Shown here in pieces: positions 9,173-18,016 of a stretch of 31,409 nt of DNA. The notes beneath the pieces were generated by a model. That model searched no databases. It was not told the origin of the DNA and saw only the letters and a list, made by a program, of their open reading frames with translations. The stretch spans positions 1 to 31,409 of the forward strand of contig JBKBOT010000017.1 of the NCBI GenBank assembly GCA_046293555.1, written 5' to 3'. The position numbers and the translations under genes are program-made. Every line of letters starts with the position of its first letter. Within the stretch, counting starts at the first letter, position 1. The stretch comes from Pyrobaculum sp. (lineage in GTDB: Archaea; Thermoproteota; Thermoprotei; Thermoproteales; Thermoproteaceae).

Positions 9173-9568
9173 ATGAAAGTTGCAATTGCGGCAACTCCAG
9201 AGGGGGCCATATTTCCGGGACATTTTGCCCACTCGCCTGTGTTTAAAATCTATGAATACAGCAATGGAGAGATGAGGCTGTTAGAAGTGAGGGAAAACCC
9301 CCTCGGCTCTGTGCCGGACCGCGACTATGGACCCCACCATGAACACCACCACGGCCGCCACGGGGGGCTTCCCAAATATAAGTGGCTTAGAGAAAACCTC
9401 CTGCCGGATGTGGAGGTGGTGATTGCAGGTGGGGCGTGTCAGACGAGCCACATGTATTTCACCTCTGAGGGGGTAAAGATGTTGTATGTAGAGCCTGTGG
9501 AACTCGACATGTTGATACAATACATTTCTGAAAACCCCAAGGAGTTTGAAGAGGCTATCGGCGGGTAA
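9173..9568 (+). CDS. NifB/NifX (Nitro_FeMo-Co) family protein with a His-rich insert
   Basis: MKVAIA...GHFAHSPVFKIYE...ENP...HHEHHHGRHGG...DVEVVIAGGAC; ATG 9173 follows TTTATTAA. Confidence 0.78.
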   Translation: MKVAIAATPEGAIFPGHFAHSPVFKIYEYSNGEMRLLEVRENPLGSVPDRDYGPHHEHHHGRHGGLPKYKWLRENLLPDVEVVIAGGACQTSHMYFTSEGVKMLYVEPVELDMLIQYISENPKEFEEAIGG

Positions 9569-9790
9569 ACTCCATGCAGAGAAAAATTTAAAATCCCCCA
9601 AAAACAATTACCTAGAAACCCCAGAATCTCAAAAAGAGGATTGAAAGGCATGTTTGTTGAAAAACTCCATTATGTCTCTCACGAGAGTTATATGAGGTAT
9701 AAAAAGAATATAGAGTTCGAAAGGCCTAGACGCCGCCACGGCGCCGCGTCGTTTCTTGTAAAGTTTTTATATCTGTCTGTAGAGAGGGGT

Positions 9791-10024
9791 GTGATTGAGC
9801 TTGTGGCTTTGGCTCTCCTATTTATCGGAGTTGTGTTATTAATGCTGTCTCTCCTCTTCTCCACACGAGGGGGGAGGGCAGAGTCTGAGGCCGGTGGCGT
9901 CCTTATAATTGGGCCAGTTCCCATAGTGTTTGGAACTAGCCAACGGATCGCCCTGGCAGTCATGACGCTCGCCGTGTTGTTGACGGCGCTGGCGCTACTG
10001 CTTTTTTTAATTAACGTGAGGTAA
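9791..10024 (+). CDS. DUF131-family small membrane protein
   Basis: GGVLIIGPVPIVFG motif between hydrophobic helices; GTG start follows TTTTATA. Confidence 0.75.
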   Translation: MIELVALALLFIGVVLLMLSLLFSTRGGRAESEAGGVLIIGPVPIVFGTSQRIALAVMTLAVLLTALALLLFLINVR

Positions 10025-10294
10025 TTATTCGCGAGGCTGCCGACGTCTCCAAAGTAGCCACTGGAGTATTGTAACTACGAACAGCAGGGCCGCCGCCACG
10101 GCTAGAGTCCATGACAGAAACGCCGTCGTGCCGACGCCGAAGCATATCGGTATGAAGAATATCACTACACACCCCACTGTGGCTGTCTCTATTATTTTCG
10201 TGTGTGTGAGAAGTGGCATCACGACGAGAAGTCCAGTTCCGGCAAATATCAACAGAAGTCCTGTAAAAAACAGCCACCTCACGGCGGATACCAC
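10025..10294 (-). CDS. Small membrane protein, DUF131-like variant
   Basis: TM-GCVVIFFIPICFG-TM layout mirrors DUF131; the start may be GTG 10282. Confidence 0.6.
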   Translation of the reverse strand: MVSAVRWLFFTGLLLIFAGTGLLVVMPLLTHTKIIETATVGCVVIFFIPICFGVGTTAFLSWTLAVAAALLFVVTILQWLLWRRRQPRE

Positions 10295-10360
10295 CCAGAA
10301 GTTTAAATACTTTCCATAAGAAATTTAATAAGATATATAACTACAGAACCCCGTTTTTCC

Positions 10361-10777
10361 ATGGATAGGGCGTTAATCTATTTGGCGCTTGTGGCGTATT
10401 TTTACGACGGCTCTGTCAGAGAGGTGTTAAGAGAGGAGGTGGGTGTCGACATGTCTAATTGTGACTTGTCGGCGCTGAGAGCTTCTCTCCTGCGTAAAGA
10501 TTATGACGGCGTCACCCGCTCGTTACTGCCTAGAGTGCTTACAGAGTTTTATGAGAATTGTGGCTACACGCCAGCTGGAGAGCCTGACAGCTTGGTGACA
10601 ATGCTCGCCTTTATGGCACAACTGGCTGTTAGACCCGACACTCTCAAGATTCAACACAGGTTTCTCAACGTGCATCTAATTCCCACAGTTAGATTTGCCG
10701 TAGAGATATGTCCAGGTCTTAAACCCCTGTTGGAAATACTTGAAGAAGACCTAGAGGTTGTTAGGGGCCAGCTATGA
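10361..10777 (+). CDS. TorD/DmsD-family molybdoenzyme maturation chaperone
   Basis: EFYENCG...EPDSLVTMLAFMAQL...QHRFLNVHL matches the TorD E-P-x-D-H region and the Q..FL..HL motif. Confidence 0.75.
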   Translation: MDRALIYLALVAYFYDGSVREVLREEVGVDMSNCDLSALRASLLRKDYDGVTRSLLPRVLTEFYENCGYTPAGEPDSLVTMLAFMAQLAVRPDTLKIQHRFLNVHLIPTVRFAVEICPGLKPLLEILEEDLEVVRGQL

Positions 10778-11328
10778 GCCAGGAGAAGACCACTATTACG
10801 GTAGAGCGGGAGGCTGCCCACCTTTTGGGCAGACTGGCGAGAGAGAGGGGGGTCTCAATTACAAAAGTCGCCAGCGACGCCATACGTCTGGCGGTAGAGG
10901 CCTTAGAGAGGGGGGTAACAATTGACGAGCTGAGAGGCATGTGGAAAGTACAAGAGGCGGTCAAGACTTTTGACGACGTCTTTATGCCCGTCGCCCTTTT
11001 GACAAAGATATTGGAGGGCATTTCTCGCGAGAGGCTACTTGTAGAGTTTTATGAATACGGCAAAGAGCTGGGCGTAGCTCTGTCTCAAGAGCTCTCTATT
11101 AGAGACCTGTTTAAAAACCACGTTGTCCTCTCTGTAATACTGCCCGCCCGTATGGTCAGGTGTGAGATGCAGGGTGAGGTATGTATATCTGTCGTCCTCC
11201 CGCCACGTAGCGGGCTGGCGGAATTCGTGGCGGCAACGATTAGAGGTATTCTCGATGGCTATAATGTTACACATAAGGTTGAAACAAAAAGTAATATTAT
11301 TAGAATCCATATAGAAAAGTTGTCATAA
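10774..11328 (+). CDS. Putative transcription regulator: N-terminal ribbon-helix-helix with a possible V4R-like ligand domain
   Basis: KTTITVEREAAHLLGRLARERGVSITKVASDAI is RHH-like; FYEYGKELG and FVAATIRGILDG resemble the V4R/H-NOX-like fold. Confidence 0.6.
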   Translation: MSQEKTTITVEREAAHLLGRLARERGVSITKVASDAIRLAVEALERGVTIDELRGMWKVQEAVKTFDDVFMPVALLTKILEGISRERLLVEFYEYGKELGVALSQELSIRDLFKNHVVLSVILPARMVRCEMQGEVCISVVLPPRSGLAEFVAATIRGILDGYNVTHKVETKSNIIRIHIEKLS

Positions 11329-11415
11329 TATAATTTTTACACATTATTAAACAATATTTGAAGTAATTAGAGAGAATAATTAGATTTTTTTAGAGAAAGA
11401 AATATTAGTAAAAAC

Positions 11416-12054
11416 ATGTCTCTCCAAGTAACGCGGCGTGAGGTTGTGAAATCTGCGGCGTTGGCGGCTGTCGCAGTGGCCTCCCCGGCTTTAGCCAAGG
11501 GCGGCAGGAGGTGGGCCATGTATATCGACGTGAGTAAGTGCTACGGCTGTTATGCCTGTGTGACGGCATGTGCGGCAGAGAACAACGTCCCCATTGGCGT
11601 CTTTAGGACGTGGGTAGAGAGACACGAGTTGGGAGGCGGCGCCGTTGTTTTTGTGCCTAAGCAGTGTAACCATTGTGAAAACCCCTCTTGTGTCAAGGCG
11701 TGTCCCACTGGCGCTACCTACAAAACTGAAGACGGGCTTGTGCTTGTAGAGCCAAACTTGTGTATTGGCTGCGGCGCCTGTATACAAGCATGTCCCTATG
11801 GAGCTAGGTTCTTCAACCCAATAACTGGCGTTGCGGATAAGTGCACTTTCTGTAGTCATAGAATCTATACTGGCAAACTGCCGGCGTGTGTTGAAATATG
11901 TCCCACTGGCGCGAGAGTATTTGGCGACCTTAACGACCCCCATTCTGAGATATCTAGAATTCTAGCTAAGACGCCGACACAGAGGCCTAAAGTGGAGACA
12001 GGCAATGAGCCAATGTTCTACTACAGAGATCTCCCACAGGTGGCGAACGCATGA
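11416..12054 (+). CDS. ttrB: 4x[4Fe-4S] electron-transfer subunit (TtrB/NrfC/DmsB family) with Tat signal
   Basis: TRREVVK; CYGCYACVTAC, CNHCENPSCVKACP, CIGCGACIQACP, CTFC...CVEICP. Confidence 0.88.
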   Translation: MSLQVTRREVVKSAALAAVAVASPALAKGGRRWAMYIDVSKCYGCYACVTACAAENNVPIGVFRTWVERHELGGGAVVFVPKQCNHCENPSCVKACPTGATYKTEDGLVLVEPNLCIGCGACIQACPYGARFFNPITGVADKCTFCSHRIYTGKLPACVEICPTGARVFGDLNDPHSEISRILAKTPTQRPKVETGNEPMFYYRDLPQVANA

Positions 12055-13181
12055 GCTACCCAACTTATCCATACGGTTATTGGCATCCAAATAACTTCGC
12101 CGAGCCGGTGTTATGGACGCCGTTGCCGTTTGTCTATGTGCTCATAGTCTCTGGCCCCGCCTTGTTGTTCACAGTATATCTATCTTACCTAACTGGAAGA
12201 CTTAGAGAGCTGCTGTCCCTTAGGCTGGTGGTAGGTCTCGCGATGTTTTTAGTTATCCTCTTAGGCCCTCTTGCCGACTCAAAAGCGCCTGATAACACAT
12301 GGAGAGCTGTAGTGGGGCCACGGCTTCTGCCCAGCGATGCCACTCCTGGGTTTTCGCTTATGGCTATTCAAGGTATTTTCTTCTGGATACTTGGAGCAGC
12401 TATATCCATATTATTTACGTTGTTATATTTCTCATATCCAATGTACGTCAAGTACATACAGACAAAGAATCCCATCTATAGGATTTTCTCGCTCGGCATA
12501 TCTAGCGAGGGGAGATATCGCGCTTTAGAAAAGGTGCTTAAGTTCTTAGCTATTCTCGGCGTTTTGATAATGTTGTCGTGGCTTGCCTACCCCGCCACAC
12601 TCTTTATGCAGATGTCTAACTTCATATGGCAAAACACCATGACACTCCCATTAATGTTTGTAATTGAGAAATTTGTGGCAGATACAGCTGTGGTGATTTT
12701 AATAGCCCTACTCGTGGGATATTTATTACGTAGAAAAGAAGAGTTAAAGCCGTTATTGGCCATAGTCGCCATAGCTTCTGCCGCAACGATTGTGACCTTG
12801 TTTATACAAATAGGCATCTGGCATCTGAGATTTGAGGGGTCTCCATACTACATGGCCTTTACCCACCTCTATGGATTTCTTGGAGTAGTCATCGCTCTGT
12901 ATTTTATAACTCTCGTCACTTCAATCGCCTCTTTCCGCATATCGTCTCTCTCCGTAATAGCGGCGTTGACAGGGCTTCTGGCATATTTCCTAAATAAGTG
13001 GACTTTTATGATTAAGGCTCAGGAGGTGGCAATAACGGGACTCGGCGTTATGGAGGTGGCACTTCCACTAAAAGTATACCTAGAAATCATCAGCGTCTTC
13101 GCCCTCGGGCTATTCCTAACGATGTTATTCATCTCGTTATTCCCAATAGACTTCGAGCCTAAGAGGGGGGAGAGGGTATGA
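12051..13181 (+). CDS. NrfD/PsrC-family membrane anchor (TtrC-like)
   Basis: Multiple TM helices, W..P..VY and GPLAD...P N-terminal pattern; lies between B and A with ATGA overlaps. Confidence 0.75.
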   Translation: MSYPTYPYGYWHPNNFAEPVLWTPLPFVYVLIVSGPALLFTVYLSYLTGRLRELLSLRLVVGLAMFLVILLGPLADSKAPDNTWRAVVGPRLLPSDATPGFSLMAIQGIFFWILGAAISILFTLLYFSYPMYVKYIQTKNPIYRIFSLGISSEGRYRALEKVLKFLAILGVLIMLSWLAYPATLFMQMSNFIWQNTMTLPLMFVIEKFVADTAVVILIALLVGYLLRRKEELKPLLAIVAIASAATIVTLFIQIGIWHLRFEGSPYYMAFTHLYGFLGVVIALYFITLVTSIASFRISSLSVIAALTGLLAYFLNKWTFMIKAQEVAITGLGVMEVALPLKVYLEIISVFALGLFLTMLFISLFPIDFEPKRGERV

Positions 13182-16100
13182 CGAAAACCACCAGGAGGGC
13201 TTATATAAGAGGCGGCATAGCTCTAGCGTCGTTAGCAGTATTCCTAGCCGGCTACTGGGATATTATAGACAAAATAGTGAGACCCAAGAGAGAATTTTAC
13301 GGCCCGGACCCACAGTTTGAAAACGTTAGGTATGTACACTCCAGTTGTCTAGGTTGTAACGTTAGGTGTGGCATAAGGGCACGTGTGGTGAAATACGGCG
13401 AGGTGGAGGTAGTAGAGAGAATTGAGGGCAACCCGTATCATCCCTACAACAGAGCGGTGTCTTTTGAAAAACAAACTGAGAGATATGCCCCACTGCCTTA
13501 CAACACGCCGGTTAGAGAGGCAGTAGAGAAATGGGGTAGCACGTTATGCGCCAGAGGTAACGACGGCATACACTACCTCTATGACCCGTATAGAGTGGTC
13601 AAGCCGCTCAGGAGGGCGGGGCCGAGAGGAAGCGGCAAGTGGAAGACAGTCACCTGGGAGGAGCTCATCAAATGTGTGGTAGATGGCTGCGTGATTCCAG
13701 AGACTGGCGAAAGGCTGCCCGGCCTTAAGGAGTTCTTTATCTACGGCAAGCTTAGAGACGCCGGGTTTGAAGACCCCAACGCAGTGTTGTCAGCTATGAA
13801 AAAAGACGTAGATGCCATAATGACTGTGGCTAAAGACCCGGCGAAGACCTACGACGATCTCGTCAAGGCGGTAGAGGAGTTTAAAGCCAAGTGGGGCAAG
13901 ACGCTTGGCGAGAAAGGACTTAAGCTAGAAGATATACTCATAGACCCAAATAGGCCAGATCTGGGCACCAGGGCCAATATGGTCATATGGCTTAGAGGTA
14001 GAGGTCAAGATAACGCAGACGTTTTCTACCGGAGGTGGACATTTGCCCTCGGCAGCGTGAACTGGTTAAGACATACATCTTCATGTCAGTTGGGCTTTTA
14101 TACTGGTAATTACCTCTGGTCTGGTTATTACGACATAAATCCAGACCCATCTGCCAAAGTTATAATTGCGGCAGGTGTTGAGATGGGTAGAGTACATCCA
14201 GGCGCCACCGGGCAGGGGGTGATAATTGAAAGAGCCGTAGAGGGGGGGACTAAGATCTATTGGGTTAACCCACATGCCCCGAGGACTAGAGCTAGGGGGA
14301 ATATCGTATGGGTGCCGGTAAAGCCCGGAGAGGATGCCGCCCTAGCCTTCGCCGTAATTAGGTGGATACTTGAAAACAAGAGGTATAACGAGGCCTTCCT
14401 CTCTGCTCCAAACCCGGCGGCGGCTAAGAAGTTGGGTTATCCCTACCATAGTAACGCCACCTGGCTTGTGGTCCTTGAAGAGGGGCACCCCAAATTTGGC
14501 GAGTTTTTAAAAGCTAAAGACGTGGGGCTAGAGGCGACTGATAAATACGTGGTGTGGACTGGAGAGAGGCTAGCCACGTTTGACTCTGTAGATACGGCAG
14601 CTCTCATGTATGAAGGCAAAGTGACGTTAGCCACTGGGGAGGCTGTAACTGTAAAGACGGCCTTCAAGATCCTATATGACGAGGCGTTTAGCCGCAGTTT
14701 TGAAGACTGGCTCGCAGTTGTTAGCCCGTATGAACGCGGCACGCCGGAGTTTGCCGAATATGTCAAAACTGTGGAGACTATGGCGAGAGATTTCGCAGAC
14801 GCTGCCCCCATGGCCGCCACATATATCCACAGAGGCACCGGAATGCACCCCAACGGCGAGTATATAGTGTGGGCATATAGGATATTAGACACCCTAATCG
14901 GTAATTTCCACAGGAGGGGCGGCCTGTTGGGGAGGCCATCTACCACAAGTTATAACTCATATCTCTACGACCTCAGAGACTCCGGATTTGGAGAGCCGGT
15001 GAGGTGGGGGCCGTTTATCGATAGACATAAATATAGTTATGAGGACACGTTGGAATACTGGCTGAAAGTTAAGAAGGCCATAAAAGAGGGTAAGACGGGA
15101 GGGGAGGCTATTAAGGCTGCCTTCCCCACGAAGAGGCCTTGGTACCCACTTACGCCAGAGGAGATATACACCGAGCTTTTTGCAGGTATTGCCGAACAGT
15201 ATCCATATCCAGCTGGCGTCTTGATTATGTACTACGCAAACCCGGTGTTATCTACAAACTACGGCCTCAAGTTTGTGGAGGTGCTTAAAGATACCGCCAA
15301 GTTGCCGTTGTTTATAGGTATAACCACCACAATAGATGAGACTTCACTATATGCGGACTTCATTGTGCCAGACACCACATATCTAGAGACCGGAACTAGT
15401 GGAGTTCAGTTTCTCTACGCAGGCGGTCTCGGATATGTTAGAGCTGAAAGCTGGCGTTCTCCAGTAGTAATGCCGTTAACACAACAGATCGGCACGTGCC
15501 CCAACGGCCATCCGAGGTATGCCTCCATGTGGGAATTTCTCATAGATGTGGCCAAGGCGTTAAAGATGCCCGGTTATGGAGATAAGGCGTTCCCCGGCGT
15601 CAAGGGTAGGAAATATGAAGGCCAGTGGTTCTCCATGCATTGCTTCTGGGAGTACATAATGAGGGTATATGCCAACGCCGCCGCTCACGCCAAAGACCTT
15701 AAGTTAATACCTGAGGCAGTACCCCCTGAGGAAGTGGAGTTTGTAGAAAGGAACTACCCCATAGCCCAATTTAAGGACGTAATTCCGCCAGATGAGTGGG
15801 TCTATGCGGCATATGGCCTCGCCAGAGGCGGGGTCTTTACTAGATATGAGGATTCCTTCGACGAAGGGGGGTGGTCAAAACGGTCGGTGCCTGGAGACAA
15901 GATATTGAAGTTGTGGAATGACAAGCTGGCTAAGACGCGTAATAGCGTCACTGGCGAGATGTTCTACGGCGGGCCTAAATACTTCCCGTCTGCGACATAT
16001 GCCCCGGCGGCGCCTACACTCCAGAAGGCGGACAGATGGCTTTCCGGAACTCCGTTAAGACATATATACAGCGAGAAGGAGTGGCCGCTCACGTTGGTAT

Positions 16101-16699
16101 TTAGCAGCGGGCCGCTATTTACAAAACACAGGAGTCAATTTTACTACTGGACTAAACAGATAATGCCGGAGAACTTTGTGGTGTTAAATCCGAGAGATGC
16201 CGCCAGAGCCGGCGTGGAGACTGGCGACGTGGTGAGACTTGAGACGCCGTGGGGTCACATAGAGGCGCCGGCAGTAGTGTCGACAGCTGTGGCGCCAGGG
16301 GTGGCCTACGTGCCTTACGGCATGGGGAGGTGGGCAGATACAGTAGTGACGAGACCTAAATACTTCCAGGCGGGGGACTTTAAGAAATTTGCAGAAGAGC
16401 TCCCAGAGCGGGCAGAGATTCCAGAAGACGCAGTAAACCCCGTGAGACAACTGCCACAGTTAGTGAAAAAGTTGCTATTCACCAAGAGCCCAGCAGACTA
16501 TTACGAGAAAAGCCTAGTGCCAGACAGATGGCGGTTTAACGGCATTTCGCCCAACGCCATAGGGTCGGCAGACCTCTCGCTGAAGAGCTGGCCTCTCTTA
16601 AGCTGGATCGGCGGGGGGCAGGCATATTTCGACACGCCAGCCCGGGTGGTTAAGACAGGTAGAAAACACGTATTTGAAGTACCCAACATAGTCTGGTAA
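13178..16699 (+). CDS. ttrA: Molybdopterin oxidoreductase catalytic subunit, tetrathionate reductase (TtrA/SrdA) clade
   Basis: TRRAYIR Tat motif, CLGCNVRC...GNPYHP...LCARG, PLRRAGPRGSGKW, HTSSC, DPNRPDLG, YADFIVPDTTYLE; B-C-A gene order. Confidence 0.85.
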   Translation: MTKTTRRAYIRGGIALASLAVFLAGYWDIIDKIVRPKREFYGPDPQFENVRYVHSSCLGCNVRCGIRARVVKYGEVEVVERIEGNPYHPYNRAVSFEKQTERYAPLPYNTPVREAVEKWGSTLCARGNDGIHYLYDPYRVVKPLRRAGPRGSGKWKTVTWEELIKCVVDGCVIPETGERLPGLKEFFIYGKLRDAGFEDPNAVLSAMKKDVDAIMTVAKDPAKTYDDLVKAVEEFKAKWGKTLGEKGLKLEDILIDPNRPDLGTRANMVIWLRGRGQDNADVFYRRWTFALGSVNWLRHTSSCQLGFYTGNYLWSGYYDINPDPSAKVIIAAGVEMGRVHPGATGQGVIIERAVEGGTKIYWVNPHAPRTRARGNIVWVPVKPGEDAALAFAVIRWILENKRYNEAFLSAPNPAAAKKLGYPYHSNATWLVVLEEGHPKFGEFLKAKDVGLEATDKYVVWTGERLATFDSVDTAALMYEGKVTLATGEAVTVKTAFKILYDEAFSRSFEDWLAVVSPYERGTPEFAEYVKTVETMARDFADAAPMAATYIHRGTGMHPNGEYIVWAYRILDTLIGNFHRRGGLLGRPSTTSYNSYLYDLRDSGFGEPVRWGPFIDRHKYSYEDTLEYWLKVKKAIKEGKTGGEAIKAAFPTKRPWYPLTPEEIYTELFAGIAEQYPYPAGVLIMYYANPVLSTNYGLKFVEVLKDTAKLPLFIGITTTIDETSLYADFIVPDTTYLETGTSGVQFLYAGGLGYVRAESWRSPVVMPLTQQIGTCPNGHPRYASMWEFLIDVAKALKMPGYGDKAFPGVKGRKYEGQWFSMHCFWEYIMRVYANAAAHAKDLKLIPEAVPPEEVEFVERNYPIAQFKDVIPPDEWVYAAYGLARGGVFTRYEDSFDEGGWSKRSVPGDKILKLWNDKLAKTRNSVTGEMFYGGPKYFPSATYAPAAPTLQKADRWLSGTPLRHIYSEKEWPLTLVFSSGPLFTKHRSQFYYWTKQIMPENFVVLNPRDAARAGVETGDVVRLETPWGHIEAPAVVSTAVAPGVAYVPYGMGRWADTVVTRPKYFQAGDFKKFAEELPERAEIPEDAVNPVRQLPQLVKKLLFTKSPADYYEKSLVPDRWRFNGISPNAIGSADLSLKSWPLLSWIGGGQAYFDTPARVVKTGRKHVFEVPNIVW

Positions 16700-16705
16700 A
16701 CCCCC

Positions 16706-16737
16706 TTTTTTCTTTTTAAAAGTTTTTTACAAAAAAG
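16706..16737. terminator. Bidirectional T/A-tract terminator region between ttrA and dsrC
   Basis: Oligo-T runs on the + strand and an oligo-A run between convergent stop codons. Confidence 0.5.
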
Positions 16738-16766
16738 TTGAATCTAATTAAAAAGTCTATAACTGT

Positions 16767-17102
16767 CTAGACGCAGCCTGTGGGTTTTGGCGCTCCGGCT
16801 ACCTTACAGGCGCCGTGTGCTGGGCCAGAGGGGAAGAGCTGATATATCTTTTCTAGCGAAAAGCCCGTCTCTCTGATTAGCATCTTTATTGGGGGGCAGG
16901 AGCCGTAGGTCTCCCAGTACTCTCTCAGGTATCTCACTACCTTCCAGTGTTCTTCTGTCATCTGTTGGATTCCCTCTAGCTCTCTGGCTATCCACTCTGC
17001 CACCTTTTCGTCCCAGTCTTCTGTATTTTGTAGAAAACAGTCCTCATCTAGGGTTACCTTCTTTCCGTCTACCTGATATTCGCCGGGACATTTAACTGGC
17101 AT
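16767..17102 (-). CDS. dsrC: DsrC sulfite reductase co-substrate protein
   Basis: C-terminal GPAHGACKVAGAPKPTGCV (Cys-x10-Cys); extra N-terminal Cys residues (VKCP, EDCF). Confidence 0.95.
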   Translation of the reverse strand: MPVKCPGEYQVDGKKVTLDEDCFLQNTEDWDEKVAEWIARELEGIQQMTEEHWKVVRYLREYWETYGSCPPIKMLIRETGFSLEKIYQLFPSGPAHGACKVAGAPKPTGCV

Positions 17103-17185
17103 ATGCCCACACTATTGGGCTAATTAAAATCTTATTTCACCATCGGCGTGCATAAACTTTATTAATTTTGCCTAAAGCGGCAGTT

Positions 17186-17536
17186 ATGGCAGATAGGGTG
17201 GCGTTTTTAGCCACGATGCCGCCTGCAGACACTCCGAGGATATCTACAATGCTGGGCTATGCGCTTGCAGCAACATCTATGGGCATGGAGGTGTTAATCT
17301 TCTGGACTCTAGACGGCGCCCATGCGGTAAAGAAAAAAGTCTTCGAGAAGCTAGACCCCCAGATCAGGGAGAGGTTTAAACAATGTCTAGAGATGGGCTG
17401 CAAGATGTGGCTCTGCTCCTCCGCCGCCGCCACTTTTAACATAAAGGAAGACGAGGTGGTAGAGGGAGTTGAGGTAAAGGGTATCGCCAGTTTTTACGAG
17501 TTTGCAAGTGAGGCAAAAGTGATGTTGACCTGGTAG
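17186..17536 (+). CDS. DsrE-family protein
   Basis: ALAATSMGMEVLIFWTLDGA...GCKMWLCSSAA...GIASFYEFA; ATG 17186 follows TTTATTAA. Confidence 0.8.
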   Translation: MADRVAFLATMPPADTPRISTMLGYALAATSMGMEVLIFWTLDGAHAVKKKVFEKLDPQIRERFKQCLEMGCKMWLCSSAAATFNIKEDEVVEGVEVKGIASFYEFASEAKVMLTW

Positions 17537-18016
17537 CTACACTACCTCCACTGCGTCTAGAACTCTAAATTTTTCATCTAGATGCTGGAGGTACTCCTCC
17601 ACATGGTTTTTTAATATCGCATAGGCGGCCTTCCCCCAGTTTAGAAAAGCCTTATCTCGCGTTATGTTTATCTTCACTGTGACGAATCCTCGCGCCACCC
17701 CGCCGCCGCATTGGATTGGGTAGATAGAAAAGGCGTATTTTGTGGCCATGCCTGGCCACGGCACGTCCTCTGCCTCGGAGATGGCCGTGGTGGCTGACTC
17801 CACTGCCTCACAGCTCTCTATTTCTATAGCCACCCGTTTCCTCAAGTCGAGAAAGCCCAACATGAGGACGTCGCCGTCTTCTTCAACTGCCATTAAGAGC
17901 TGTAGGTCTTTTATATAGCTGAGGGGGGGACTGCCAGAAGACAACAGGTGTGGGATCTGGGCGGAAAAAATTGGGTTTTGCCTGGCGGCCCAGTGGAGAA
18001 ATTCTTCAAAACTCAC
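17537..18016 (-). CDS. Small soluble protein coupled to dsrB (occupies the position of the Pyrobaculum 'dsrG' ORF)
   Basis: GTGA overlap with the dsrB stop; 159 aa with no recognisable motif; the dsrG assignment rests on synteny only. Confidence 0.7.
   Translation of the reverse strand: MSFEEFLHWAARQNPIFSAQIPHLLSSGSPPLSYIKDLQLLMAVEEDGDVLMLGFLDLRKRVAIEIESCEAVESATTAISEAEDVPWPGMATKYAFSIYPIQCGGGVARGFVTVKINITRDKAFLNWGKAAYAILKNHVEEYLQHLDEKFRVLDAVEVV

Noticed and set aside
9173-9568. Nitrogen fixation gene
   Set aside because: The NifX-like fold is widespread in non-diazotrophs, and no nifHDK is present
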